Source: Octopus sinensis (Eukaryota). From it: DNA of 64,000 nt. The translations under genes were made by a program, and so were the position numbers. Every line of letters begins with the position of its first letter. Positions within the stretch are counted from its first letter, which is position 1. The notes beneath the pieces were generated by a model that was not told the origin of the DNA, ran no database searches, and was given only the letters and a program-made list of their open reading frames with translations. The DNA lies in contig NC_042999.1 in NCBI RefSeq assembly GCF_006345805.1, positions 119,350,001 through 119,414,000 of the forward strand. The letters are read 5' to 3'. Shown here in pieces: positions 53,245 through 64,000 of this stretch.

Positions 53245-54465
53245 TATGTCATCATCATCGTTTAACATCTGCTTTCCATGCTGGCATGGGCTGAATGGTT
53301 TGACTGAGGACTGGCGAGCCAGATGGCTGCACCAGACTCTAATCTGATCTGAGAGAGTTTTTACAGCTCAATGTCCTTCCTAACACCAACCACTCCAAGA
53401 GCGTAGTGGGTCTTTTATGTTCCACAGGCACAAGGGCCAGCCAGGAAGTACTGGCGACGGCCATGCTCAAATGGTGTTTTTTATGTGCCAACTGCACAGG
53501 AGCCAGTCCAGCAGCACTAGCAATGATCTCACTCGAATGTTGTTTTTTCACATGCCAATGGCACAAGTGCCAGTGAGGCGACACTTGTAACAATCTAGCT
53601 CGAAAGGTGCTTTTTATGTGCCACTAGCATGGGAGCCAGTCAGTGGTCCTGGCAATTATCACACTCAGATGGTGCTTTAACATTCCACTGACATGAGTGC
53701 CAGTCAGGCAGTGCTGTCATCGGCCACGTCAGTGAATTTGATTTTGATTGTGATTTCAATTGTCTCAACAAGTCTTCACAAGCTAAGTTTAATGTCCAAC
53801 GATAGAAAGGTATGCATAAGTAGGCTGGTTATACCGTTGGAATAGGCCACAGTTTATAGTCTCAATTGGCTTGCTGGGTTTTCCCAAGCACAGCATATTT
53901 CCAAAGGTCTCAGTTACTAGTCATTGCCTCAGTGAGGTCCAATATTCGAAGGTCATACTTCACCACCTCATCCCAGGTCTTCCTGGGTCTACCTCTTTCA
54001 CAGATTCCCTCAACTGCTAAGGTGTGACACTTTTTCACACAGCTGTCCTCATCCACACCACATGACCATACCAGCTCAGTTGTCTCTCTTACACACCTCA
54101 ACTGATGCTTTGTAGGTCCAACTTTTCTCTGAAGGTGCTTACACTCTGTTGTGTATGCACACTGACATTACACATCCATCGGAGCATACTGGCTTTATTC
54201 CTTGAAAGCTTACGCATGTCCTCATCCGTCACAGTCCATGTTTCACTGCCATGTAGCATGGCTGTTCATTTACATGCATCATACAGTCTACCTTTTACTC
54301 TGAGCGAGAGGCCCTTTGTCACCAGCAGAGGTAGGAGCTCTCTGAACTTTGCCCAGGCTATTCTTATTCTAGCAGCTACACTTTCAGAGCATCCACTCTT
54401 GCTACTGACTTGGTCACCTAAGTAACGGAAGCTGTCAACTACTTCTAGTTTTTCTCCCAGAAATT
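53245..54465 (-). mobile_element. RTE LINE 3' 1.2 kb (RT C-terminus plus 3' UTR with about 66-bp subrepeats)
   Basis: LEVVDSFRYLGDQVSS...KFRELLPLLVTKGLSLRVKGRLYDAC...AMLHGSETW...GRPRKTWDEVV; tail (GAT)n. Confidence 0.93.
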
Positions 54466-54590
54466 GTACACATATATACTATTTATTATTTATAATTTAA
54501 TTGAATGTGACACATCCCTTTCCAAGAATATCTCTACTCTTCTTTTCAAAAATACATAATACTGTACCAATAACTTTCTTTTTATTATTC

Positions 54591-54624
<34 letters not shown>

Positions 54625-54701
54625 AAATAGGGTAATAATAAATTATTATTACCAGTGGCCTAGCACAAAAAATGAATTAGTCATTAGACTATATATTATT
54701 C

Positions 54702-54917
54702 ATATAGAAATACAATAAGAGGCTTCCAAATAGAAAAGCATTGTGCTAGAACACAAAAAAGGGATAAATTCACGAAAGGAATGAAAATTAAAAACATTTA
54801 CCATCTCAAATATATTCCAGTTGAGATGGTAAATGTTTTTAATTTTCATTCCTTTCGTGAATTTATCCCCTTTTTGTGTTCTAGCACAATGCTTTCCTAT
54901 TTGGAAGCCTCTTGTTG

Positions 54918-54928
<11 letters not shown>
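54702..54928. repeat. near-perfect palindrome, 108-bp arms, 11-nt loop
   Basis: 54702-54809 versus the reverse complement of 54821-54928: 3 substitutions. Confidence 0.97.
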
Positions 54929-54982
<54 letters not shown>

Positions 54983-54999
54983 ATATATATAGACACATA

Positions 55000-55212
55000 C
55001 AAGGAGGTTCTGGAAAGTTCCTGGCTTTAAGGGTATTATGAAAGGCCTGGCTGGAGGCCCATTCTTTCCAAGGTCTTTTACAGGGCTTAGAGGAAGTGAA
55101 GGACCACTGCAATAAGTGTGTGAATCTGAGAGGGGAATACGATGAATAAATTCATAATTAACAGATCCTCCTGTATTGTCTTTTCTCCAAAACAAGGAAC
55201 TTTTCAGCACCC
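55000..55212 (+). mobile_element. mariner-derived MITE
   Basis: TA|caaggaggttctggaaagttcctggcttt ... aaaacaaggaacttttcagcaccc|TA imperfect TIRs. Confidence 0.7.
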
Positions 55213-55234
55213 TATCATGTGTGTGTGTATGTGT

Positions 55235-55279
<45 letters not shown>

Positions 55280-55465
55280 TATATATATATTTATTTATTT
55301 ATTTATTTATTTATATATATAATCAAAGTAAGCAACAAGGATATCCAGAAGTAATGCAGTATGATCGTTTCATGCAACTCCATTTAATTGAACATTCTGG
55401 CTGCCTCAACTTAAGTACCATATTCATCTGAATCTAAATTTTTGAACTCATCTACCATACCCAAA

Positions 55466-55504
<39 letters not shown>

Positions 55505-56524
55505 GTCTAAGCATATATATATAATGTCTCAGCTGGATTGATATATGACGTTGTTCCAATTAGGATTTTTATTTTCATGTTTGAAAATGACCTCCTACTC
55601 TTAGTTACATACCTTGTGAAATATGGAAAGTAAGATAACCATACATGCATGCCTTACCAAAGCAAATGCAAAATGGAACATGTCTTGAGCTCATGCAAAG
55701 TTTTACTATTCCAAAGGAATTGAAAGATGGAATTAGACAGAAAACAAAAATGCCAGCTTTAAAGGAAATTCTTCAATTAGTCTCAGATTTTCAGCTTTTC
55801 CATAGTGTCTGAAACTGAAAAACCACTGAAAATTAACATACAATATAGATTTACTTACTACTGTATTCAACGAAAACTTTAAATAACTTTGGAAAAAGTT
55901 ATCAGTTCTCTACATCTGTCTTATTTACACATTGTGTAAGAAATTTGATTAAAGAAAAAAAATTAGGATCAAAATTCGAGGTGTAGCATTATACAAGGGT
56001 TTAAAGAAGAAAAGGCAAAAAGAAAAAAAAATGCTTAACAAATCTGTGAAAATGAAGAAGTCAAAAAGAAGATAGCAAACATAGTATTCCAGAGATATCT
56101 AATGATTAATGTACACACTTTATTACCTGTGGCTGTGAAGCACCATAGAGATGGTGAATACCTCCAATAGCACATTGCTAATTCTGTTAGCAAACTGGTA
56201 GTGAGTCGTTATATATTGTGTTGTTCAAAAGTGATTATTTGATTTAAAAGAATATAATTTAAACTGAGAAAGTTACATTACTAACATGTAGGAGTTGAAA
56301 AAAAAATTCTATATATGAAATAAAAGTATGACTATAGGCACAAAAATTACTTGTGTAGTGAAGAACTTCATTTCACAACTGCATAGCCTTGGGTTCAGTC
56401 CTCTTGCATGGCACCTAGAGCCATGGTATTCTGCTATAGCTCCAGACTGGCCAACACTTTGTGAGTGAAATTAAGAGTTGGAAACTGAGCAGAAACCTGT
56501 TACATGTGCGCATGCATACATTCA

Positions 56525-56770
56525 TACCTACTCACCTGCCTGCCTTCCCACCTACCTACCTACCTACCTACCTACCTATCTACCTACTTACCTACCTACC
56601 TACCTACCTAACTTCCTGCCCACCTACCTACCTATCTACCTACCACCTACTACCTACCTACCTACCTACCTAACTACTTACCTACCTACATACATACCTA
56701 CCTACCTACCAGCCTACCTATCTCCTACCTACCTACCCACCCACCTACCTACCTACCTACCTACCTACCT
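56525..56770. repeat. (CCTA)n/(TAGG)n microsatellite between two SINE A heads (56345-56515, 56798-56975)
   Basis: Direct reading. Confidence 0.95.
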
Positions 56771-57182
56771 ATATAGATACATTCACACATACATGGAAGC
56801 AGGCATGAATGAGTGGTAAGCAGTTTGCTTCCCAACCACATGGCTTTGAGTTCAGTTCCATTACATGGCACTTTGAGCAAGTATCTTCTTGTATAGCCCT
56901 TAGCTAACCAAAGCTTTGTGAGTAGATTTAATAGACTGAAACTGAAGGAGTCTATCATATACGTATGAGTGTGTGTGTGTGTTATCCTGAATTATATCCA
57001 AAGAAGCACCAGTCAGCAGATTGGAATTCTATCACAAATGGACACACTTCAGTCCCTGTTCCACAGGTGCACTCTTTCCTTTTTCTGTGTTTTATTTTGC
57101 TTCAATATTGGTCCCTATTCCTTGTAGTTAGCATTCCTTTACTCATGCACTGATGACACCAAAAATTTTCCATTTCCTATGA

Positions 57183-57553
57183 AGGCGGCAAGCTGGCAGA
57201 AATGTTTGCATGCCGGTTGAAATGCTTAGTGGTATTTCATGTCTTTACGTTCTAAGTTCAAATTCTACCAAGGTCGACTTTGCCTTTCATCCTTTCGGGG
57301 TCGATAAATTAAGTACCAGTTATGCACTGGCGTTGATGTAATTGACTTAATCCATTTGTCTGACCTTGTTTGTCCCTTCTGTGTTTAGCCCCTTGTGGGT
57401 AGTAAAGAAATAGGTATTTCATCTGTCTTTACGTTCCGAGTTCAAATTCCACCGAGGTCAACTTTGCCTTTCATCCTTTCAGGTTTGATAAATTAAATAC
57501 CGGTTGTGTTCTGGGGTAGATCTAACTGACTAGCCCCCTTTCCAAAAATTTCC
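57183..57553 (+). mobile_element. SINE family B dimer/tandem
   Basis: Full copy 57183-57410 followed directly by a 5'-truncated copy. Confidence 0.87.
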
Positions 57554-58413
57554 TCTATTTCTTGTAGTTAGCATTCCTTTACTCATGCACTGATGATCTA
57601 AATAATTTTCCATTTCTCATTACCTAAATTGTTGAGTCCAAACTGCCAACATCTCTGCACTCATTACTCTAGCCAGTTTTTACACCCTAGAACATTGACC
57701 CCTTGAAATTTTCTCCCTGCTCATGTCTTCCTTTCAGGTTTATCATCCTAGAACAGTTTACATGGAACCTTACTGGGATGGAGCTAACCTTCATGTAATC
57801 CTGAGTAGTGTTCTTTCCTCATGACACTATAATGACAACAACAAATAAAAGAGTACAATATAAGTGTCAATGTCAAAACAAACATATTACTTGCAGTGTA
57901 AAATTTAAACACAGTTATAGTATTTACTGTAATGAGCTATGATTGTTTGGCCTCTTGGAAGTGTGATATTGTTGAGATCAACTTCAGGCTATGGTGAAAG
58001 AACAAAGCTCAGCTGCAGAAAATGTTAAGCACTAAAAAGTAGACAGTGAAAGCAGACTCATTATCTAGAATGAGAAAAAATATAAACGTATTAGCAGATT
58101 AGGTGAAAGAAAAAAGAGAAGTATGTATGTGTTTGTGTGTGTGTGTGTGCGTATGCATGTATACATATATATACATACACACACACACACACACACACAA
58201 TATGCATGTATGTATAAATAACAACAGATGGATAATGTTTCAATTCACTACAGCCATTTCCAATGAATTTTTAATTAATTGATAAAGACATTACATCATT
58301 AGGAAAAAACCATTTTCATTAGGTAAATACATGAACCACAACATTTAAAAATGTTCAAAAATCAACAGCATATGCACCTTCATGATTTCTGGTTCACTTG
58401 AATCCTAATCTTT

Positions 58414-58445
<32 letters not shown>

Positions 58446-58446
58446 C

Positions 58447-58680
58447 TCTTTGCTCCTTTACTCTTTTACTTGTTTGAGTCATTTGACTGTGGCCATGCTG
58501 GAGCAACGCCTTTAGTTGAGCAAATCAACCCGAGGACTTATTATTTGTAAGCCTAGTACTTATTCTATCGGTCTCTTTTTGCTGAACCACTAAGTTACGG
58601 AGAAGGAATATTAAAATCCTCAGTTGTCAAGCGATGTTGGGGACAAACACAGACACACAAACATATAGACACACATACAT
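58447..58680 (-). mobile_element. SINE family A 3' half (its head remnant lies at 60585-60618)
   Basis: tcttttacttgtttgagtcatttgactgtggccatgctggagc...; head taagcaagctacttaccacacatccactcctgc at 60585-60618. Confidence 0.85.
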
Positions 58681-58682
58681 AT

Positions 58683-59657
58683 TGTTATGAACCTGCCGTC
58701 GCTCAACTCAAACTCGGGACCCTAAGTCGAGCGAAGACGATCACATTCAGTCAAATCGGGAATCCGCCACAGAAAACGGTGGTGGGATGACAGCGAACAC
58801 GGACCGGTGACCGGAGATAACAACAACAAAAACAACAGGAAGAGAGAGACACGGCGGAAGGCAGTAGTTTACATTTAAGAACAGTTTATGCAATTATTAC
58901 AACATCAAATAAAACGTAATACATATCAAATACATTAAAGAAAATAACATGCAACAGAATTAAAAAGAAAGCCAACCAAAGGCATGCACAATACAACAAG
59001 TCCGAAGACAATCAAAACATTAATATTCAACGCAACATAGAGTTCGAAACAGTTCAAAGTCTTTCTCTTTCCTTCTTTCTCTTTCTTTAACACAATGTTC
59101 TTTTCCTTTCTTTTTAACACAATTCACAATTCTTTTTCTTCTTTTTACAACAGATTACAGTTTATGTCATAATCTGTTTTTTTTACATTTCACATCAAAA
59201 ACATAAACAAAACATACTGCATGTTTCCTCGTTTACAAACTCCTACTACAAGCATTCTAGTCTTCTCGCCGTAATCTCCCTTTCGCTTTACATGTCCTCA
59301 GTGCTATCTGCCTGTCACTCTTGCCTCTTGCCAACTGTCATCTCTGCATCGACCCTCACGCCAACTGACTGTCTCAGGCAAAACTGACCAACCCAGGCCA
59401 ACTCTCTCTTGCCAACTGCTCCTGATGCCAACTCATCTCCTCTTGCCAACTGATCAACAAAACCCCAGCTCCTGCATTTTAAAGGGTAGCATTTTTATTT
59501 TTTTCCTTAAACTTTGCTTGACCGGAAAAGGGTCAGAGGTATTCTCCAACCTCATTAATTTCATTAGAAATGACAGGACAAAAGCTTTTCCCCGTCTATC
59601 TGGCGCTAAACCACGAAACCAGGCCACAGCACTCTTTCTCCAAATGACCCCGTATCA
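58683..59657 (-). mobile_element. Gypsy/Ty3 3' LTR (975 bp, TG...CA)
   Basis: Minus strand starts TGATAC immediately after the polypurine tract and ends ...CATAACA; adjacent pol remnants. Confidence 0.85.
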
Positions 59658-59670
59658 CTACCCCCTCCCT
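59658..59670 (-). promoter_or_regulatory. polypurine tract (PPT)
   Basis: AGGGAGGGGGTAG directly abutting the LTR TG. Confidence 0.85.
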
Positions 59671-59671
59671 A

Positions 59672-60584
59672 AGCTTTGTCGACCCGACAGAAGCACACTA
59701 TAACCGTACCTCCGAGGGCGAGCTCCAGCAGATGTTCCAGGAACTGGAGGTCTCCCTGGGTAGCTTCTCTTCTGGAGGTTTCGCTTCCTACGGCCACCAT
59801 TTCACCACCAGCCACAAATAGGCATCTTCCCTCTGCGGCTTGGGAAACGGTTCCGCCAACGGCACAAGGCTTCCTACAAGCTGCCTACAATAGGCGCACT
59901 GTCCGAGGAAGTTCCTTAACTCCCTCACACAAGCAGGGTCCGGCCAATCCTTCACAGTGGCCACCTCCCTCAGCGCTATGTATCCCACGTAGCACCTTGC
60001 TGTGCCGTCTCCATTCTGCACAACCAAGGCCGACGACCAGGGACCACTCTGCCTTTTCACTGCTCCCTGTCGTCGATATCTCCTCATTTTCCTTAGCCGA
60101 ACTGGGACCATCTTCCGACCTTGCTGCCTCCTCGAACGACGACCGCCCGAGTCGATGAAGCGCTCCACCAGACCAACATCCTGCATACCTCGCGACCAAC
60201 GTCCTGCACTTTTCACCAACGGTTGCTTCTTTCGCAACACCCGAGTGCCAACCAAGCACCGGCAACTCCTTGCGGACTGCTTCTGCAACTGTACAGGCAG
60301 ACCACCAACTCCTTCGACTGCGCTCTTGTATTGGCACAACTGGCCCTGCCACTGGTTCACCGTCTGGCACAGTTTCCCGATTTGCCCTCTACAAATCGCT
60401 TGCTCCGCCTCCAATAAATCGGCCAACCCAACCAGTGCTCTGTCAGCTTCTGCCTCTACCAGGGTTCACCCGACCCTAACACGAACTTTCAGCATGCACT
60501 GCCTGTCGGGCTCCACCAGCCCCAAGCAACCATCGAACACAAAGCTCACCCGAGTGCCAACCAAGCACCGGCGACTCCCTCCAA
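59672..60584 (-). mobile_element. Gypsy internal region, rearranged pol remnants
   Basis: QSGPWSSALVVQNGDG (RT N-terminus, SPW.SP.V motif) joined almost directly to VKDWPDPACVRELRNFLGQCAYCRQLV..LAEP (RT-RNase H connection); GC-rich. Confidence 0.82.
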
Positions 60585-60639
60585 GTAAGCAAGCTACTTA
60601 CCACACATCCACTCCTGCTCATATAAAATATATATATAT

Positions 60640-60870
60640 CTTTCTTTATTGCCCACAGGGGGCTAAACATAGATGAGACAAACAAGGACAGACAAAGGGA
60701 TTGAGTCAATTACATCAACCCCAGTGCATAACTGGTTCTTATTTAATCAACCCTGAAAGGATGAAAGGCAAAGTTGACCTTGGCGGAATTTGAACTGAGA
60801 ACGTAATGGCAGATGAAATACCGCTAAGCATTTTGCCTGGCATGCTAACGTTTCTGCCAGCTTGCCACCT
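60640..60870 (-). mobile_element. SINE family B
   Basis: aaggatgaaaggcaaagttgaccttggcggaatttgaact...ctgccagcttgccacc. Confidence 0.88.
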
Positions 60871-61169
60871 TTTATACACATATATATTATTATGAGTATA
60901 AAGGCATAAGATCAGGATGGCATCAACCACATAGCAATTTTTATAGCCATATCAAATTTCTAAATCTCCCCCTCACTTCCTTTTATCTCTCAAAAACCAT
61001 AACAAAGTAACATTAGTCATGTATAAATACACTCAGATCACTTTGTACCACATCTGTGGACAGGCTTTGACTACAGCTACATTGTCAGAGACATATGTTT
61101 GTAAATGCACTTGCTAGTTCTCTATGCAGGAGAAACACTTGTCGGTCATATTCAGTGTAATTGTCTTAC

Positions 61170-61222
<53 letters not shown>

Positions 61223-61885
61223 TATATATATATCTGTATGTATGTACACACACATATATATGTATATTTTCAGAAGTCAAACAAGTATAGTAATAGACAA
61301 ACAGATGGGAAGACATACTTAATGCACTGAATGCACAGATGTACAGATGAACGGAGAACAGACACAAGTCACAAATTTTTTGCCAGGCTGTTTGAATACA
61401 ATTTCATGCCATTATTGGTAATATTGCATCCACCCTGGAGGCAACAAGCAAGAAAACTTAGTGGAGAAGTGACCAAAACATAACAAAACAAGACAAACAA
61501 CAAAGAGGAATGGGGGCAAAAAAAAATGAAATAAATAACTGAATATGGCCTTAAGGGCAGGCAAAGACAACAAAAAAATAATACTACATAAAGCTGTGGG
61601 CTAGCAGACAAACAAGTGTGGAGTAATGCAAATAAGAAGGAAAACTGTCTTACAGGACTAAAACATACACAAGGGAAAGGTAGAGTGAGCAGCTCAGAAA
61701 AGTATGACTGATCAGGTCGAAGGCAAATGCAGAAAAGAATGACACTACCTTAGATTGTGACCAGTCACGTGGTTGTGGCAAGTGGGAGCAGGAGTCAGAG
61801 GGACTAGAGAACAACGGGGAAGGAAAGAGAGAAAAAGAGAGGCAAAAGAAAGCAAAGAGATAGACTAATATATATGAGTGTGTGT

Positions 61886-61924
<39 letters not shown>

Positions 61925-62779
61925 AGAGAGTGTGTGTGTGTGTGTGTGTGTGCGTGCACTAGAGTGTGTGTGTGTGTGTGTTCAGTGTAATATATGAATT
62001 CATAGGATTATGTGTCTGTCACAGAAAGCTTCTCTATCAGTTTGGTTAGCAGACCACATAATAATCCAACACAGAGGAATATAATGCAAAGTTCTTTGCA
62101 GTTGAAATCTAAGCAATCCAATTGATGAGATTATTTCCTGAGAAGTACAGGGAGCATAAAAAAGTCAGGTGGTATAAGGAGTGAATATATTTATTTAACC
62201 ATTTGACATCCTTAGGGTTACAGTCGTTTCACAGCTTTCATCATGCTATGCATTATACAATACAATTGAAAATTTACAAACCAATGTAGATGAAGAAGGC
62301 TAGCTCTTCAGATCACCAGAACATCAGGGTTACAGCAATGTATCAACTAAAGTGTTTCCCCAAACTTTTTATCAATGGTTTTTCTGTATCCCTTGTTCTA
62401 CAAAACAAGTTCTAGAAATACCTAAGTATTGATGAAAATATATCATACAAAGGTACCTTGAACAAGGAGTAACTAAAGAACATTACACCATTCAATAAGA
62501 GTTTTCCTTTTTATAGACAATATATATCATGACGCAATTCAGGAGCAAAAGATAGTTATGATATATTTCAAACAGAACAGCAAAGCTCTTAAAATCCCAA
62601 GATGCAGCCACAAGTGTTGACTATATCATCCTTCTGTGGAGCAGATGACATATAATCAGCAGGTATCCAAAAATTTCATTGTGGAACTACCTTATATGGC
62701 AATATGATGTTGTTGCTAAAACAAGTATATGACACTGATCTCAAGATGCTGAATTTTACAGAAGAGATAACAAAGGACT

Positions 62780-63630
62780 GAGATGATTGACAATTTGCTG
62801 TGCTTGAGTAGCCCCATCGATCACAGTAGAAATGGTAGCCTACTGACATTTAAGATATTTGACATTCTATGGAAGAAATCCTGATACTAGCTGTGAATTT
62901 CCACAGAAGCATTGATTTTGATGAAAAGTGGGAGCAAAAGGCTTATGATCAGTACAGATAGACTTTGAGTGCTGTATGATAGCAGCAAAAATAAATACAT
63001 CAACGAAGTGTCCCATGACAAAGTGAATAATATCCTGTTGTGAACTCCTTAAGAAATACTCACTTTCTAATGATCTCCCATATAGACACCAAAAAGTGCA
63101 AAATTTGCATGTCTCTGTAAAAACCTGGAAAAGACAAGGACATTCCTGAGGATACTTCCTTCGAAGATTTTCTGCTAAAGGCTGATGTCAACCCACAGGA
63201 ATACCAGGGTGTGGTGAAACTAGTGAAATTGGGGAAACAGGTGGTATTGAAGTGTCAACCTTCAGAAAGGTGGGTCTATCAGTATAATCCGAAGATCCTC
63301 AAAACCTGGCATGCCGACATGGACCTGCAGTTCATCATGGACCCATACTTGTGCATCATGTACATCACCAGTTACATGATGAAAAGTGAGAGGGCTATGA
63401 GTGAACTGCTGAAAAAAGTAGCTGAAGAAAGTAGAGGTGAAGACTTGAAATCAAAACTGAGAATAGTAGGATCAGGTTTTCTGAACAACAGGGAAGTTAG
63501 TACTCAGGAGGCTGCCTACAGGATCCTTTCCCTGCCACTGAAGAGGGCCAGTTGAAAAATGCTGTTTATCAACACTGCACCAAAAGACAAATGTGTATCC
63601 ATGCTTAAGCCGCAGAAGATCCTCCAGAAA
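62780..63630 (+). mobile_element. Helentron (Helitron2-type) Rep domain remnant; open frame 63121-63555
   Basis: VLKCQPSERWVYQYNPKILKTWHADMDLQFIMDPYLCIMYITSYMMKSERAMSELL...FLNNREVSTQEAAYRILSLPL matches the Helentron Rep motif-3 region; decayed HUH-like ...RNGSL...ILW near 62825-62875. Confidence 0.85.
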
Positions 63631-64000
63631 TATTTTTAAGTGAATGTGATTTCAAAAATGTAAATTGTTTGTACAATAAATATTTATATTTTAGCTTTCT
63701 TTAAGCAGACAATATTTTAATGTTTTTTAAAATTATTTTCAAGTGAATACCATTACAAAAATCTTTGTTGGCATAAATATTTCATAAAAGACCCATTCGT
63801 AACCTCAGTGTGAAATAATTTTTTTCCATGGGATTTTTCAAGTGCATTCAATGTATCTCATGCTATTTCTAGCATGCCCTAACTATCACACAACTACTGG
63901 GCATGCAAGATATAGCAGCCAAACTTTTCTTTTTCTGGAGAAAGGAGCTGCTTACGCATGGTTTTGATGCTACATTTGTTGAAAGCATGCAAAATAACCG

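Noticed and set aside
53400-53730. CRISPR-like repeat-spacer array
   Set aside because: Eukaryotic context, degenerate whole-unit repeats without unique spacers, located inside an RTE 3' UTR
56525-56770. Interstitial telomere-like repeat
   Set aside because: The unit is TAGG, not the molluscan TTAGGG; an ordinary tetranucleotide microsatellite
57739-57795. Strong acceptor plus VYHPRTVYMEPYWDGANLH
   Set aside because: Lies within a decayed LINE RT context (TDDTK, FTWN) with a weak donor
59676-60676. Long + strand ORFs (160 and 224 aa)
   Set aside because: Antisense shadows of the GC-rich minus-strand Gypsy pol remnants

Overview
Eukaryotic, AT-rich, repeat-dominated DNA, most likely an octopus (coleoid cephalopod) intronic or intergenic region. 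That call rests on my recall of the abundant octopus tRNA-derived SINE families and RTE, Penelope and mariner repeats; no database was searched. No intact protein-coding gene is recognisable. Almost all ORFs in the supplied track are translations of (TA)n, (CA)n, (TATG)n or (CAT)n microsatellites. Recognisable content: about 20 SINE copies from at least three families, three decayed mariner elements plus a mariner-type MITE, several RTE LINE fragments, two restriction-like-endonuclease (R4/Dong/NeSL-type) LINE fragments, CR1/L2 fragments, a Penelope-like RT remnant and Penelope-type terminal repeats, a Gypsy 3' LTR with PPT and internally deleted pol, a Helitron Pif1 helicase remnant and a Helentron Rep remnant. 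The most notable structure is an unusual density of long fold-back (inverted-repeat) sequences, including a 108-bp-arm near-perfect palindrome. There is also a minimal hammerhead-ribozyme motif in a Penelope-type terminus and a CpG-rich RTE-1-like insert that looks compositionally foreign. A weak chain of phase-compatible candidate + strand exons (12193, 21182, 23969) is reported at low confidence. Boundaries of decayed elements are approximate.
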